From contig DASXCR010000070.1 of NCBI GenBank assembly GCA_036491075.1, forward strand, positions 1-56,688: DNA of 56,688 bases, in the 5' to 3' direction. Below are positions 44,771-53,076 of this stretch, in pieces; the stretch's first letter is position 1, and each line of letters starts with the position of its first letter. This DNA is from Solirubrobacteraceae bacterium (GTDB taxonomy: Bacteria > Actinomycetota > Thermoleophilia > Solirubrobacterales > Solirubrobacteraceae). Position numbers and translations under genes: made by a program. Below the pieces are notes generated by a model that had not been told where the DNA came from, searched no databases, and was given only the letters and a program-made list of their open reading frames with translations.

Positions 44771-45757
44771 CTACGCCCGCCGCGACAGCGAGACCGAGAA
44801 CAACCGGTCGGGGTCCGTGTAGAGCTCGACGAGCTCGAGACCCGCCGCCGAGAGGTCGCCGGACAGCTTCTCGGGCGTGAACTTCGCGCTGATCTCCGTG
44901 CGCAGCTCCTCGCGTGCGGCGAAGTCGATGTCAAGCGCGAGCTTGCCGATGTGCACCTGCTGCACGTCGGTCGCGCGCAGGCGCATCTCGATCCACTCGC
45001 GCTGGCGGTCGAAGAACGCGACGTGCTCGAACGCGCCGACGTCGAAGTTCGCATCGAGCTCGCGGTTGAGCACGTGCAGGACGTTGAGGTTGAACTGCGC
45101 CGTCACGCCCGCGCTGTCGTCGTACGCGGCCTCGATGACGCGCGGGTCCTTGACGAGGTCGGTGCCGAGCAGCAGGTGGCCATCCTCGCCGAGCACGTTG
45201 CGCAGGCCGCGCAAGAAGCGCCGCCGGCTGCCGGGCGGGAAGTTGCCCAGCGTGCCGCCGAGGAACGCGACCAGCCGCGGGCCGGCGGGCTCGGGCAGGT
45301 GCGACAGGTGGCGCTCGAAGTCGCCGACGACCCCGTAGACCGACATCCCGGGGTACTCCCGGACAAGCGTCTCGGCGGCGGCGTGGACGGTCGTCGCGCT
45401 GACGTCGACCGGGACGTAGCGCTCGAGCGTGCCCGCCGACTGCATCGCGTCCAGCAGGACGCGCGTCTTGGACGCGGACCCCGAGCCGAGCTCGACGAGC
45501 TCGACGGCGCCCGTGCGCTCGACGACGTCCTCGGCGCTGCGCTCGAGGATCAGCCGCTCGGTGCGCGTCTGGTAGTACTCGGGCAGCTCGCAGATCGCGT
45601 CGAACAGCTCCGATCCGCGGGCGTCGTAGAAGTGCTTCGGCGGCAGCTCCTTGAGCGGACGCGTGAGCCCGTCGAGCACGTCGTCGGCAAGCGTGCGCTC
45701 GTCCCCGGGACCGAGGTAGGAGTGCACCTCGACGGTGCCCTGGAGGATCGGCTCCAT
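44771..45757 (-). CDS. egtD: L-histidine N(alpha)-methyltransferase EgtD
   Basis: Real start at MEPILQGTVEVHSYL, inside ORF 44771..46411. LPPKHFYDARGSELFDAICELPEYYQTRTE, LVELGSGSASKTRVLLDA, FLGGTLGNF, TAQFNLNVL and VAFFDRQREWIEMRL are EgtD family blocks. Confidence 0.9.
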   Translation of the reverse strand: MEPILQGTVEVHSYLGPGDERTLADDVLDGLTRPLKELPPKHFYDARGSELFDAICELPEYYQTRTERLILERSAEDVVERTGAVELVELGSGSASKTRVLLDAMQSAGTLERYVPVDVSATTVHAAAETLVREYPGMSVYGVVGDFERHLSHLPEPAGPRLVAFLGGTLGNFPPGSRRRFLRGLRNVLGEDGHLLLGTDLVKDPRVIEAAYDDSAGVTAQFNLNVLHVLNRELDANFDVGAFEHVAFFDRQREWIEMRLRATDVQQVHIGKLALDIDFAAREELRTEISAKFTPEKLSGDLSAAGLELVELYTDPDRLFSVSLSRRA

Positions 45758-46878
45758 CACGTCACGTCCTTTGCCAGTCGGACGCCGGCGAAGATCTGCC
45801 GGCGCAGGGGGAGATCCCAGTTGCGGAAGGTGGTGGAGCGCATGCGCTCGGCGGTCGCCCAGGACGATCCGCGCAGCACGCGGTAGGCGTCCCCATAGAA
45901 GACCTCGGAGTACTCGCGATACGGGTGCGCCTCGAAGCCGGGATAGCCGTGGAAGCGGGTGGAGGTCCACTCCCAGGCCGTGCCGGTGTCCTGCAAGGGC
46001 TCCTGGGTCCAGGTCGCCGCCTTCTCCCACTCCGCCTCGGTAGGAAGTCTCGCGTTGCGCGAGCGAGCGAAGGCGTCGGCCTCGAACCAGGAGACGTGCA
46101 GGGCGGGGTGCTCGTCGTGCTCCGCCGTCCCGTCCGCCGTCCAGCCCTCGGGGTGAGAGATGTCGTACTCCTCCTTCCACGACCAGCCCTCCGCCGACCA
46201 CCACTCGCGGCGCTCGTAGCCCCCGCCCTCGACGAAGTGCATCCAGGAGCCGTTGGTCACGGGGCGCCGCGCGATGCGAAAGGCGGGGACCTCGACCGCG
46301 TGGCGAGGGCGCTCGTTGTCGAACGCGAAGCCCTCGGGCCCGGCGCCCATCTCGAATGGACCGCCGGGGACGTGGATCCAGTCGCCGAAGGGCGACGGTG
46401 CGACACGGCATGACGCGTCGTCCGCGGGGCGCCCACCCGGCAGGCCGCCGAGGAACAGCGTCTGGCGCATCGTCTCGTTGTGCTGGGCCTCGTGGCGGAT
46501 GACCATCTCGAACAGCGTGCCGTCGCCCGAGCCGAGGCGGTCGAGGATCTGCAGCGTGCGCTCGCGCACGGCCGCGATGTACGCGAAGACGTCGTCGCCG
46601 CGCAGGAACGGGATCTCGCCGCGCACGGCGCGCGGGGTCTCGAAGGCGTCGTAGAGGTCGGCGAGGTCTCCGCGCAGCAGCGGCTCGCCGCCGTGGCGGT
46701 GCACGAGCCAGAGATCCTCGTACGCGGCGATGTGGCCCAGATCCCAGTCCAGTGGGCTCATCAGCGGGTGCTGCACGCGCTCGAGCTCGGCGTGATGCAG
46801 CGGCGCCACGAGGGCGAGCGTGTTCTCGCGCACCTCGCGCAGGGCGTCCGCGAAGGCTGTGGCCGGTACGGTCGCCAT
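45757..46878 (-). CDS. egtB: Ergothioneine biosynthesis sulfoxide synthase EgtB (DinB_2 plus FGE-sulfatase domains)
   Basis: 373 aa. N-terminal MSPLDWDLGHIAAYEDLW and RHEAQHNETM (DinB-type His ligands). C-terminal FDNERPRHAVEVPAFRIARRPVTNG, HVSWFEADAFARS, LPTEAEWEKA and RGSSWAT. Its stop overlaps the egtD ATG by 1 nt. Confidence 0.85.
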   Translation of the reverse strand: MATVPATAFADALREVRENTLALVAPLHHAELERVQHPLMSPLDWDLGHIAAYEDLWLVHRHGGEPLLRGDLADLYDAFETPRAVRGEIPFLRGDDVFAYIAAVRERTLQILDRLGSGDGTLFEMVIRHEAQHNETMRQTLFLGGLPGGRPADDASCRVAPSPFGDWIHVPGGPFEMGAGPEGFAFDNERPRHAVEVPAFRIARRPVTNGSWMHFVEGGGYERREWWSAEGWSWKEEYDISHPEGWTADGTAEHDEHPALHVSWFEADAFARSRNARLPTEAEWEKAATWTQEPLQDTGTAWEWTSTRFHGYPGFEAHPYREYSEVFYGDAYRVLRGSSWATAERMRSTTFRNWDLPLRRQIFAGVRLAKDVT

Positions 46879-46960
46879 CCGTGGTCAGCGTACCCGGCCG
46901 CGCCTGTCGGAATCCTGAAGCGTCCGTGTTGGCGGACGGCCGTTGCGTAGGCGCCGGCGG

Positions 46961-48001
46961 TCAGGACGACAGAGCGTCGAGCGCCGTGTCGACGTCCGCG
47001 TCGGTGTTGTAGACGTGCCACGAGACGCGCACGCGGCCGCCGCGCATCGCGGCGCTGACGCCGGCGCGCGCGAGCTTCTCCTCGGCGCCGGGGATGTCCG
47101 CCGAGACGATCGCGCTGTCGGACGCGGGCATGTCCAGGCCGACGCGGAAGCGGTTGGCGAGTGCGACATCGTGGGCGTATACGGCCGGGATGCCGATTCG
47201 GTTGAGCAGTTCGAGCGCGGGTAGCGTGCCGACCCACGAGAACCACGCGGGGGAGGTGTCGAGCCGGCGGGCGGTGTCCGCCAGGCGCAGCGGCGGGCCG
47301 AAGTAGCTCGCGTGGACGTCCGCGCCGGCGTACCAGCCGGCGCTGTGCGGGACGATCCGCTCGAGCCACTCGTCGCCGACGGCCATCAGCGACGTGCCGC
47401 GCGGCGACATGAGCCACTTGTAGGCGCTGCACATGACCGCGCCGAAGCGCGTCGCGTCGATCGGCAGCCAGCCGCACGCCTGGGTCGCGTCGAGCAGCGT
47501 GAGGGCGCCGTGGTGGGCCGCCGCCGTCGCGATCGCGTCGAGGTCGGCGACCTCGCCCGTGCTCATCTGGACCGCGCTGAACGCGACGACGTCGGTGCTG
47601 GCGTCGATCGCCTCGGCGAGGCGGTCGGGTGCGACGGTCGTGACCGTGACGCCGCGATCCTCCTGGACGAGGAACGGGAACAGCGTCGAGGTGAACTCGA
47701 CGTCGGGGACGAGGACGTTCGTGCCCGCAGGCAGCGACGCCGCCACGAGGCCCGCGAAGCCCGAGACCGTCGAGCCGATCGCGACCCTGTCCGGCGTCGT
47801 GTTGACCATCCGCGCGAACGCCTCGCGCGCGCCCTCGCTGCTCTCGCCCCAGTGCTCCCAGCTCGTGCGCCCGCCGCGCCAGTCGGCGAGCGCTGCCTGC
47901 AGGGCGTCGAAGCCGTCGCGCGGCGGCAGGCCGTAGCTCGCGGTGTTGAGGTAGACGCCCTCGGGCGTCCACTGCTCGCGGGCGTCGGCGATGGAGAGCA
48001 T
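46961..48001 (-). CDS. Class V aminotransferase-fold PLP enzyme (candidate EgtE-like C-S lyase)
   Basis: Start chosen at MLSIADAREQWTPEGVYLNTASYG. LLDATQACGWLPID and CSAYKWLMSPRG (PLP lysine). The function is inferred only from its position directly upstream of egtB-egtD. Confidence 0.7.
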   Translation of the reverse strand: MLSIADAREQWTPEGVYLNTASYGLPPRDGFDALQAALADWRGGRTSWEHWGESSEGAREAFARMVNTTPDRVAIGSTVSGFAGLVAASLPAGTNVLVPDVEFTSTLFPFLVQEDRGVTVTTVAPDRLAEAIDASTDVVAFSAVQMSTGEVADLDAIATAAAHHGALTLLDATQACGWLPIDATRFGAVMCSAYKWLMSPRGTSLMAVGDEWLERIVPHSAGWYAGADVHASYFGPPLRLADTARRLDTSPAWFSWVGTLPALELLNRIGIPAVYAHDVALANRFRVGLDMPASDSAIVSADIPGAEEKLARAGVSAAMRGGRVRVSWHVYNTDADVDTALDALSS

Positions 48002-48085
48002 GCGCTGGATCCTTACGGACGGGCGCCCGGGTTGCGGTGTCGTGCCGGGGGCCGCTCGCATCCGCGACCCGCAGCGGCCGCGGTG

Positions 48086-49531
48086 TCAGGCGCCCGCGTA
48101 CAGCACGACCCTGCCGGCGCGCTTGGTGATGGCGAAGCCGTCCGTCTCGTGGTCGGAGACCTCGCCGTCGCGCGCGGTGCGCAGCGGGCCGTCGAGCGAG
48201 CGCACCCGAAGTTCGCCGGCGGTGAAGCAGCGCAGCGACGAGCTGCGCGTCGGGCGGCCGGTGACGATCGCGGCGAGCAGACGCAGGCGCGCGAGGCGGG
48301 GAGCGGCGTCGAGCAGCCGCACGTCGAAGCGGCCGTCGTCGAGGCGCTCGCGAGCCGCCGGCGCCGGACCAGCCGGCAGGTAGCGGCAGTTGCCGATGAA
48401 GATCAGCCAGACGCGCGCGGGCACGCCGTCGATCTGCACGTCGCAGGGCTCGGCGTGGCGCAGCGTGCGCAGGCCGGCGACGACGGTCGCCGCGCGCTTG
48501 CCGATCCTGTCCTCGAGCCGCTCGCGCCGCGCCACGAACTCGGGATAGCCGCCGAAGCTCGCGGTGTTCGCGAACGGCTCGCCGCCGAGGTCGCCGACGT
48601 CCGCCGCGACCGCGCGGCCGGCGCGCAGTGCGTCCAGCGCCTCGTCGACGCTCTCGAGGCCGAGGTCGCGGCAGAGGTGGTTGAGCGTCCCGCCGGGCAG
48701 CACGAGCAGCGGCAGGCCCGCGGCCAGCGCGACGCCGATCGCCGCGTTCGCCGACCCGTCGCCGCCGGCGACCCCGAGCACGCGTGTGCCCGGGGCCGCG
48801 GCTGCGGCACGCAGGCAGTCGAGCAGGTCCTCGTCCTCGCGGCGCTCGACGACGCGGACGCGGGGAAGGCGCTCGCGCAGGCGGTCGGGATCGAGCTCGG
48901 AGCCGGCGTCGGGGTTGACGACGAGCGCGAGCCCGTCGCCGTCGGGCAGGGCGGGCGCGTCCACGTGCGGCTGGCGCGGCCCGGCGGCATGCGGCGGGAC
49001 GGGTATCGGCCGCAGGCGCAGCGACCCCGCCGCGACGGCCGTGCCGATCGCGGCGCCCGCGAGCACGTCGCCGGGGTAGTGCGCACCGACGTACACGCGC
49101 GAGAAGCCGACGGCGCCGGCGAGCGCGAGCAGCGGGCCGCGCGCCGCGCCCGGCAGCTCGGCGGCGGCGCCGGCCGCGAAGGCGAACGCCGAGGCGCTGT
49201 GCCCCGAGGGAAACGACGTCGAGATCGGCATGTGGCGGGGCAGGCGGATGTCGGGAAAGCTCGAGAGCACCGGCCGAGCACGGCGAAACACGCGCTTGGC
49301 GGGCTGGTTGGCGACAAGCGATGCGACGGCGATGCAGGACAATCCCCGTGCCGCGGCGCGGCGGCCGCGCCGGCCGCCGGTTGCGGCGAGGATCGCGGCC
49401 ACGAGCCCCCACAGCAGCGAGTGGTCGGCGAAGTCGCTCAGCCGCCTGATCGCTGAGCCGAACGGCACCGCGCGGCGGCTGATGACGACGAACAGGCGGC
49501 GGTCGAGCGCGCGGAGGCCGGAGAGGGACAT
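48086..49531 (-). CDS. Fusion protein: PAP2 (type-2 phosphatidic-acid phosphatase) membrane domain plus diacylglycerol/lipid kinase catalytic domain
   Basis: Real start at MSLSGLRALD, inside the 1249-aa artefactual ORF. PAP2 motifs KRVFRRARP, PSGHSA and SRVYVGAHYPGDV. Kinase part VLGVAGGDGSANAAIG and LLVLPGGTLNHLCRDLG. Confidence 0.85.
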   Translation of the reverse strand: MSLSGLRALDRRLFVVISRRAVPFGSAIRRLSDFADHSLLWGLVAAILAATGGRRGRRAAARGLSCIAVASLVANQPAKRVFRRARPVLSSFPDIRLPRHMPISTSFPSGHSASAFAFAAGAAAELPGAARGPLLALAGAVGFSRVYVGAHYPGDVLAGAAIGTAVAAGSLRLRPIPVPPHAAGPRQPHVDAPALPDGDGLALVVNPDAGSELDPDRLRERLPRVRVVERREDEDLLDCLRAAAAAPGTRVLGVAGGDGSANAAIGVALAAGLPLLVLPGGTLNHLCRDLGLESVDEALDALRAGRAVAADVGDLGGEPFANTASFGGYPEFVARRERLEDRIGKRAATVVAGLRTLRHAEPCDVQIDGVPARVWLIFIGNCRYLPAGPAPAARERLDDGRFDVRLLDAAPRLARLRLLAAIVTGRPTRSSSLRCFTAGELRVRSLDGPLRTARDGEVSDHETDGFAITKRAGRVVLYAGA

Positions 49532-49732
49532 CGCGCATCCATACCCGATCGGGCAGATCGCACCGATCGAGCCATCGCCAGATCGGCACCGGAGCGCGAC
49601 GCCCACCTCGCGTGCACCGGAGGTGACGCGCAGTGGACGGACGTTCGATTTCGAGGTCCGTTCGCCCCCAATTCCGGGCAGACGGACCCCAACCGGCGAC
49701 GTCGCGCCGCCGGTTGATCTAGCTTCGCTTGC

Positions 49733-51748
49733 ATGACGTGGATCGGCGAGCCCACTGACGTGGCTGTGGCCGGCACGCCGGCGACCAGTTCGCTGCCCGC
49801 CGCGGCCGTCGCGCAAACGCCGATGCTCGACCTCGAGGTGCACCCGGCGCTGGCCGCCGGGCGCCGCGCGCGCTACACGGCGGTGCTCGTCAACCGCGGC
49901 TCCACCGAGATCGAGGCATGGCTGTCGGTCGATCCCGGCGAGGCGGGCTTGCGCTGCGTGGTCATCCCGCCGCGGATGCTGATCGCCCCCGGTCAGGCGC
50001 GCCAGGCCGAGGTGCGGCTGCGCCCGCGCCGGCCGCAGCTCGTGCGCGGCGAGCGCCAGCACGACGCGCAGATCCGGGTCAGCGGCCAGGACGGGCCGGT
50101 CGCGGCGGTGCGGCGCGTGATCTTCGTCCAGCAGCGTGCGCTGCCGCTCTGGCTGCTCGCCCCGCTCGCGGTGCTCGTCGCGGCCGCGGCGTTCGCGCTC
50201 ACGCTGGCGCCCAAGCACGCGACCGTCCCGAGCGTGCAGGGTGCGGCGGACGTCGCGACCGCGGAGCGGGCGCTGCACGCCGCCGGTCTGCAGCTGGACC
50301 CGCAGCTGCGCTCGCGCACGACGACGAGCGCGCGGCCCGGCACGATCCTCGACCAGATCCCCGATCCCGGCACGCGCGTGGACCGGGGCTCGCGCGTGAC
50401 GCTGCTCGTCGCGATCGGCTCGACGCGCGCGGTCACGCCGTCGCTGGACGGCCAGACGCCGGCGCGCGCGGCGCAGATCCTGCGCGCGGCGGGCCTCGCG
50501 GCGGGCCCGGTGCTGCCCGACGGCGCCCCGAGCGCGAGCGTCGTGGCGAGCCAGCTGCCGGTGGCCGGCGCACGCGTGCCGGCCGGCACGGCGGTGACGG
50601 TGATCGTGCGGCCCGCGCGAGCGGGCGCGTCGACGGCGCCCGGCGGCGCGGCGCCGAGCGCTGGCACGGCGGCGAGCACGGGCAGGGCAGCGAAGGTGCC
50701 GGCGATCGGCGGGCGCAGCGTGACGGCCTACGCCCGCGCGGTCGCCGCCGCGGGGCTCGTGCCGCGGATCGTGCGCCAGGTCGGCACGCAGCCGATCGGC
50801 ACGCTGCTCACCGCGCAGCCCGCCGCCGGGACCGCGCTGCGGTCCGGCGACCGCGTGCGGCTGCTCGTCTCCGCCGGCGTGCCGCAGCTCGCGTTCGACA
50901 CCGGCAGCGTGCTGCGCGTCTTCGACCCGACCCGCGGCAAGACGGTACGCGAGGCGGCGCCGCCGCAGGGCACCGCCGTCGAGCCGTCGTGGTCGCCCGA
51001 CGGTCGCCGGCTGCTGTATCGCGTCGGCACGCGGCTGCTGCTCGTCTCCGCGCGGCTCGCCGATCGCGGGCGCGTCGTCTACGACGGCACGGCGAAGTAC
51101 GCGGCGGCGACGTTCGCGCCCGCCCCGGCGGATAATGTCATCGCGCTCGTGCGACGGACCGGTGACGACGGCGATCTCTGCTTCGCCCGCGTGGGGGCCG
51201 GCATGCTGCGCCCGCGCTGCGCTGCCGACCCGCGCTGGGACCTCGGCCGCGAGATCTCGTGGCGCGCGGGCGGGCGCGAGCTGCTCGTCTTCGGCGTGCG
51301 CCGCGGCCAGCCGGGGCGCTTCGGGATCCTGCGCTACACGAGCGCACGGGCGTTCTCGACGAACCCGGCCGACTGGCACGGCCAGATCGTGACCGACACG
51401 TCGGTGAGCGGGCAGGGCGTCATCGCCGCGGCTTATTCCCCGTCGGGGACGAGCGTCGCGCTCGTCTCGAACGTCGGCCTGCCGCGCTTTCAGCTGCGGA
51501 TCGCGGGCGCCGGCGACCTGCGCACCGCGACCAGTCTTCCGCTTCCCGTGCGCGCGTGCGAGGTCGCATGGCGACCCGACGGCCGCGAGCTCGCCGTCGT
51601 GCAGAGCGACGACACGTGCAGTCGCGCGGTCGGCGAGATCGTGCGACTCGACCCGCAGCATCCGCGCACGACGACGACGGTGTCCAGCGGCGGGCGCCAC
51701 CCGGCGTATCAGCCGCTGACGTACACGGGCCCGAAGGGCGTGTCGTGA
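49733..51748 (+). CDS. Single-pass membrane protein: cytoplasmic Ig-like N-domain, three PASTA domains, PD40/TolB-like beta-propeller
   Basis: 671 aa. TM helix LPLWLLAPLAVLVAAAAFALTLAP. PASTA-like units VPSVQGAADVATAERALHAAGL...PGTILDQIPDPGTRVDRGSRVTLLV, TPSLDGQTPARAAQILRAAGL...VTVIV and VPAIGGRSVTAYARAVAAAGL...VRLLV. Propeller motifs EPSWSPDGRRLLY, ISWRAGGRELLVF, AAYSPSGTSVALV and VAWRPDGRELAVV. No kinase or transpeptidase domain. Confidence 0.8.
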   Translation: MTWIGEPTDVAVAGTPATSSLPAAAVAQTPMLDLEVHPALAAGRRARYTAVLVNRGSTEIEAWLSVDPGEAGLRCVVIPPRMLIAPGQARQAEVRLRPRRPQLVRGERQHDAQIRVSGQDGPVAAVRRVIFVQQRALPLWLLAPLAVLVAAAAFALTLAPKHATVPSVQGAADVATAERALHAAGLQLDPQLRSRTTTSARPGTILDQIPDPGTRVDRGSRVTLLVAIGSTRAVTPSLDGQTPARAAQILRAAGLAAGPVLPDGAPSASVVASQLPVAGARVPAGTAVTVIVRPARAGASTAPGGAAPSAGTAASTGRAAKVPAIGGRSVTAYARAVAAAGLVPRIVRQVGTQPIGTLLTAQPAAGTALRSGDRVRLLVSAGVPQLAFDTGSVLRVFDPTRGKTVREAAPPQGTAVEPSWSPDGRRLLYRVGTRLLLVSARLADRGRVVYDGTAKYAAATFAPAPADNVIALVRRTGDDGDLCFARVGAGMLRPRCAADPRWDLGREISWRAGGRELLVFGVRRGQPGRFGILRYTSARAFSTNPADWHGQIVTDTSVSGQGVIAAAYSPSGTSVALVSNVGLPRFQLRIAGAGDLRTATSLPLPVRACEVAWRPDGRELAVVQSDDTCSRAVGEIVRLDPQHPRTTTTVSSGGRHPAYQPLTYTGPKGVS

Positions 51749-53076
51749 GCCGGCGCCGCCGCACGCTCGCCGCGATGGCCGCGACCGCCGCGATCGGCGC
51801 TCTGCCCGTGGTGGCGCCGGGCGCGGCGTTCGCACAGACCGCGGTCGTCGGCGTGGAGGGCGCCGCCAGCGGGCCGCAGCCGTTGTGGGTGCCCGATCCC
51901 GCGCAGGCGGCCGCGGCGCAGGAGACGCAGCCGCCGACCGAGGACGTCCAGGTGACCGCCCCGGTCACGTCGTCGGACACAGGGGTCGCCGAGGACCCGT
52001 CGCACATCGCCGTGGCGCACTGGATGGCGAGCGCGGCGCGCGCGGCCGGCCTGCCCGGCGAGCTGCCGGTGATGGCCGGACTCGTCGAGTCCGGCCTGCG
52101 CAACCTGCCCTACGGCGACGCCGACAGCGTCGGGTTCTTCCAGATGCGCCTCAGCGTGTGGAACGGCGGTGCGTACGAGGGCTTCCTGACCGATCCCGAC
52201 CTGCAGCTGCAGTGGTTCACCGATCATGCGCTCGCGGTGCGCGCGACCCGGATCGCGGCGGGCGACGGCACGTTCGGCGGCGACCCGGCGACGTGGGGCG
52301 ACTGGATCGCGGACGTCGAGCAGCCCTACGCGGGCTACCGCGGCCGCTACCAGACGCGCCTGGACGAGGCGCGCACGCTGCTGGCGCTGCCGGCGCCGTC
52401 GGTCGCGCCGTTTCAGATGGCGCTGACGGTCGGGGGCCCGGCGGCACCGGCCACCGATGCGGGCGCCGATCCGGTCGCGCAGCAGGTGCTCGACGACAGC
52501 GCGATCACGCTCGACCCGCGGGCGGCCGGGGACCTGACGGCGGGGCGGGTGGACCCGCGCGTCAGCGCCGACCTGCTCGCCGCCGCAGCGCAGTCGCCGA
52601 TCGCGATCTCCGTGATCGAAACCGGTCACTCCTATTACACGGTGAACGGCAGCGTGTCCAATCACTCCTCCGGGCGGGCCGCCGACATCAGCATGGTGGG
52701 CGGGGCGCCGGTGAGCCCGGGCAACGCGGCCGCGCACCGCCTCGCGCTCGCGCTCGGCCGGCTGCCCGAATCGATCCGCCCGACGGAGATCGGGTCGCCG
52801 TGGGCGATCGCCGATCCCGCGTACTTCACCGACGCCGACCACCAGAATCACATCCACGTCGGCTTCGACGATCCCGCGGGAGCGGATGCCACGGCGGCGG
52901 CGGCGACGGCGGCCGCCGCGACGGTCGATGACGCCGGTGCGGCCGCGCCGGCGACGCTGACGGCCGCGCCCTCAGCCCGCGACAGCGCGTCCGCGCCCGC
53001 CGAGCCGGCCTTCAGCGCGCATCCGGCCCGGTCTGCGACCGACGACGGCGATCCACGTTTCGAGGCCAAGCCGTGA
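51745..53076 (+). CDS. Secreted muralytic enzyme candidate: SLT-like N-domain plus LAS-type (M15/VanX/hedgehog-fold) zinc peptidase C-domain
   Basis: GTG start overlaps the upstream stop (GTGA). Signal peptide RRRRTLAAMAATAAIGALPVVAPGAAFA. LVESGLRNLPYGDADSVGFFQMR resembles the SLT E-S...G-L-M-Q block. SNHSSGRAADIS...HQNHIHVGF fits the LAS H-x(n)-D...H-x-H zinc site. Confidence 0.65.
   Translation: MSRRRRTLAAMAATAAIGALPVVAPGAAFAQTAVVGVEGAASGPQPLWVPDPAQAAAAQETQPPTEDVQVTAPVTSSDTGVAEDPSHIAVAHWMASAARAAGLPGELPVMAGLVESGLRNLPYGDADSVGFFQMRLSVWNGGAYEGFLTDPDLQLQWFTDHALAVRATRIAAGDGTFGGDPATWGDWIADVEQPYAGYRGRYQTRLDEARTLLALPAPSVAPFQMALTVGGPAAPATDAGADPVAQQVLDDSAITLDPRAAGDLTAGRVDPRVSADLLAAAAQSPIAISVIETGHSYYTVNGSVSNHSSGRAADISMVGGAPVSPGNAAAHRLALALGRLPESIRPTEIGSPWAIADPAYFTDADHQNHIHVGFDDPAGADATAAAATAAAATVDDAGAAAPATLTAAPSARDSASAPAEPAFSAHPARSATDDGDPRFEAKP

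Noticed and set aside
48086-51835. 1249-aa minus-strand ORF
   Set aside because: Only the last 481 codons (48086-49531) encode recognisable PAP2 and DAG-kinase domains with coding bias. The upstream part is antisense to the well-supported PASTA/propeller gene and reads as Arg-rich nonsense.
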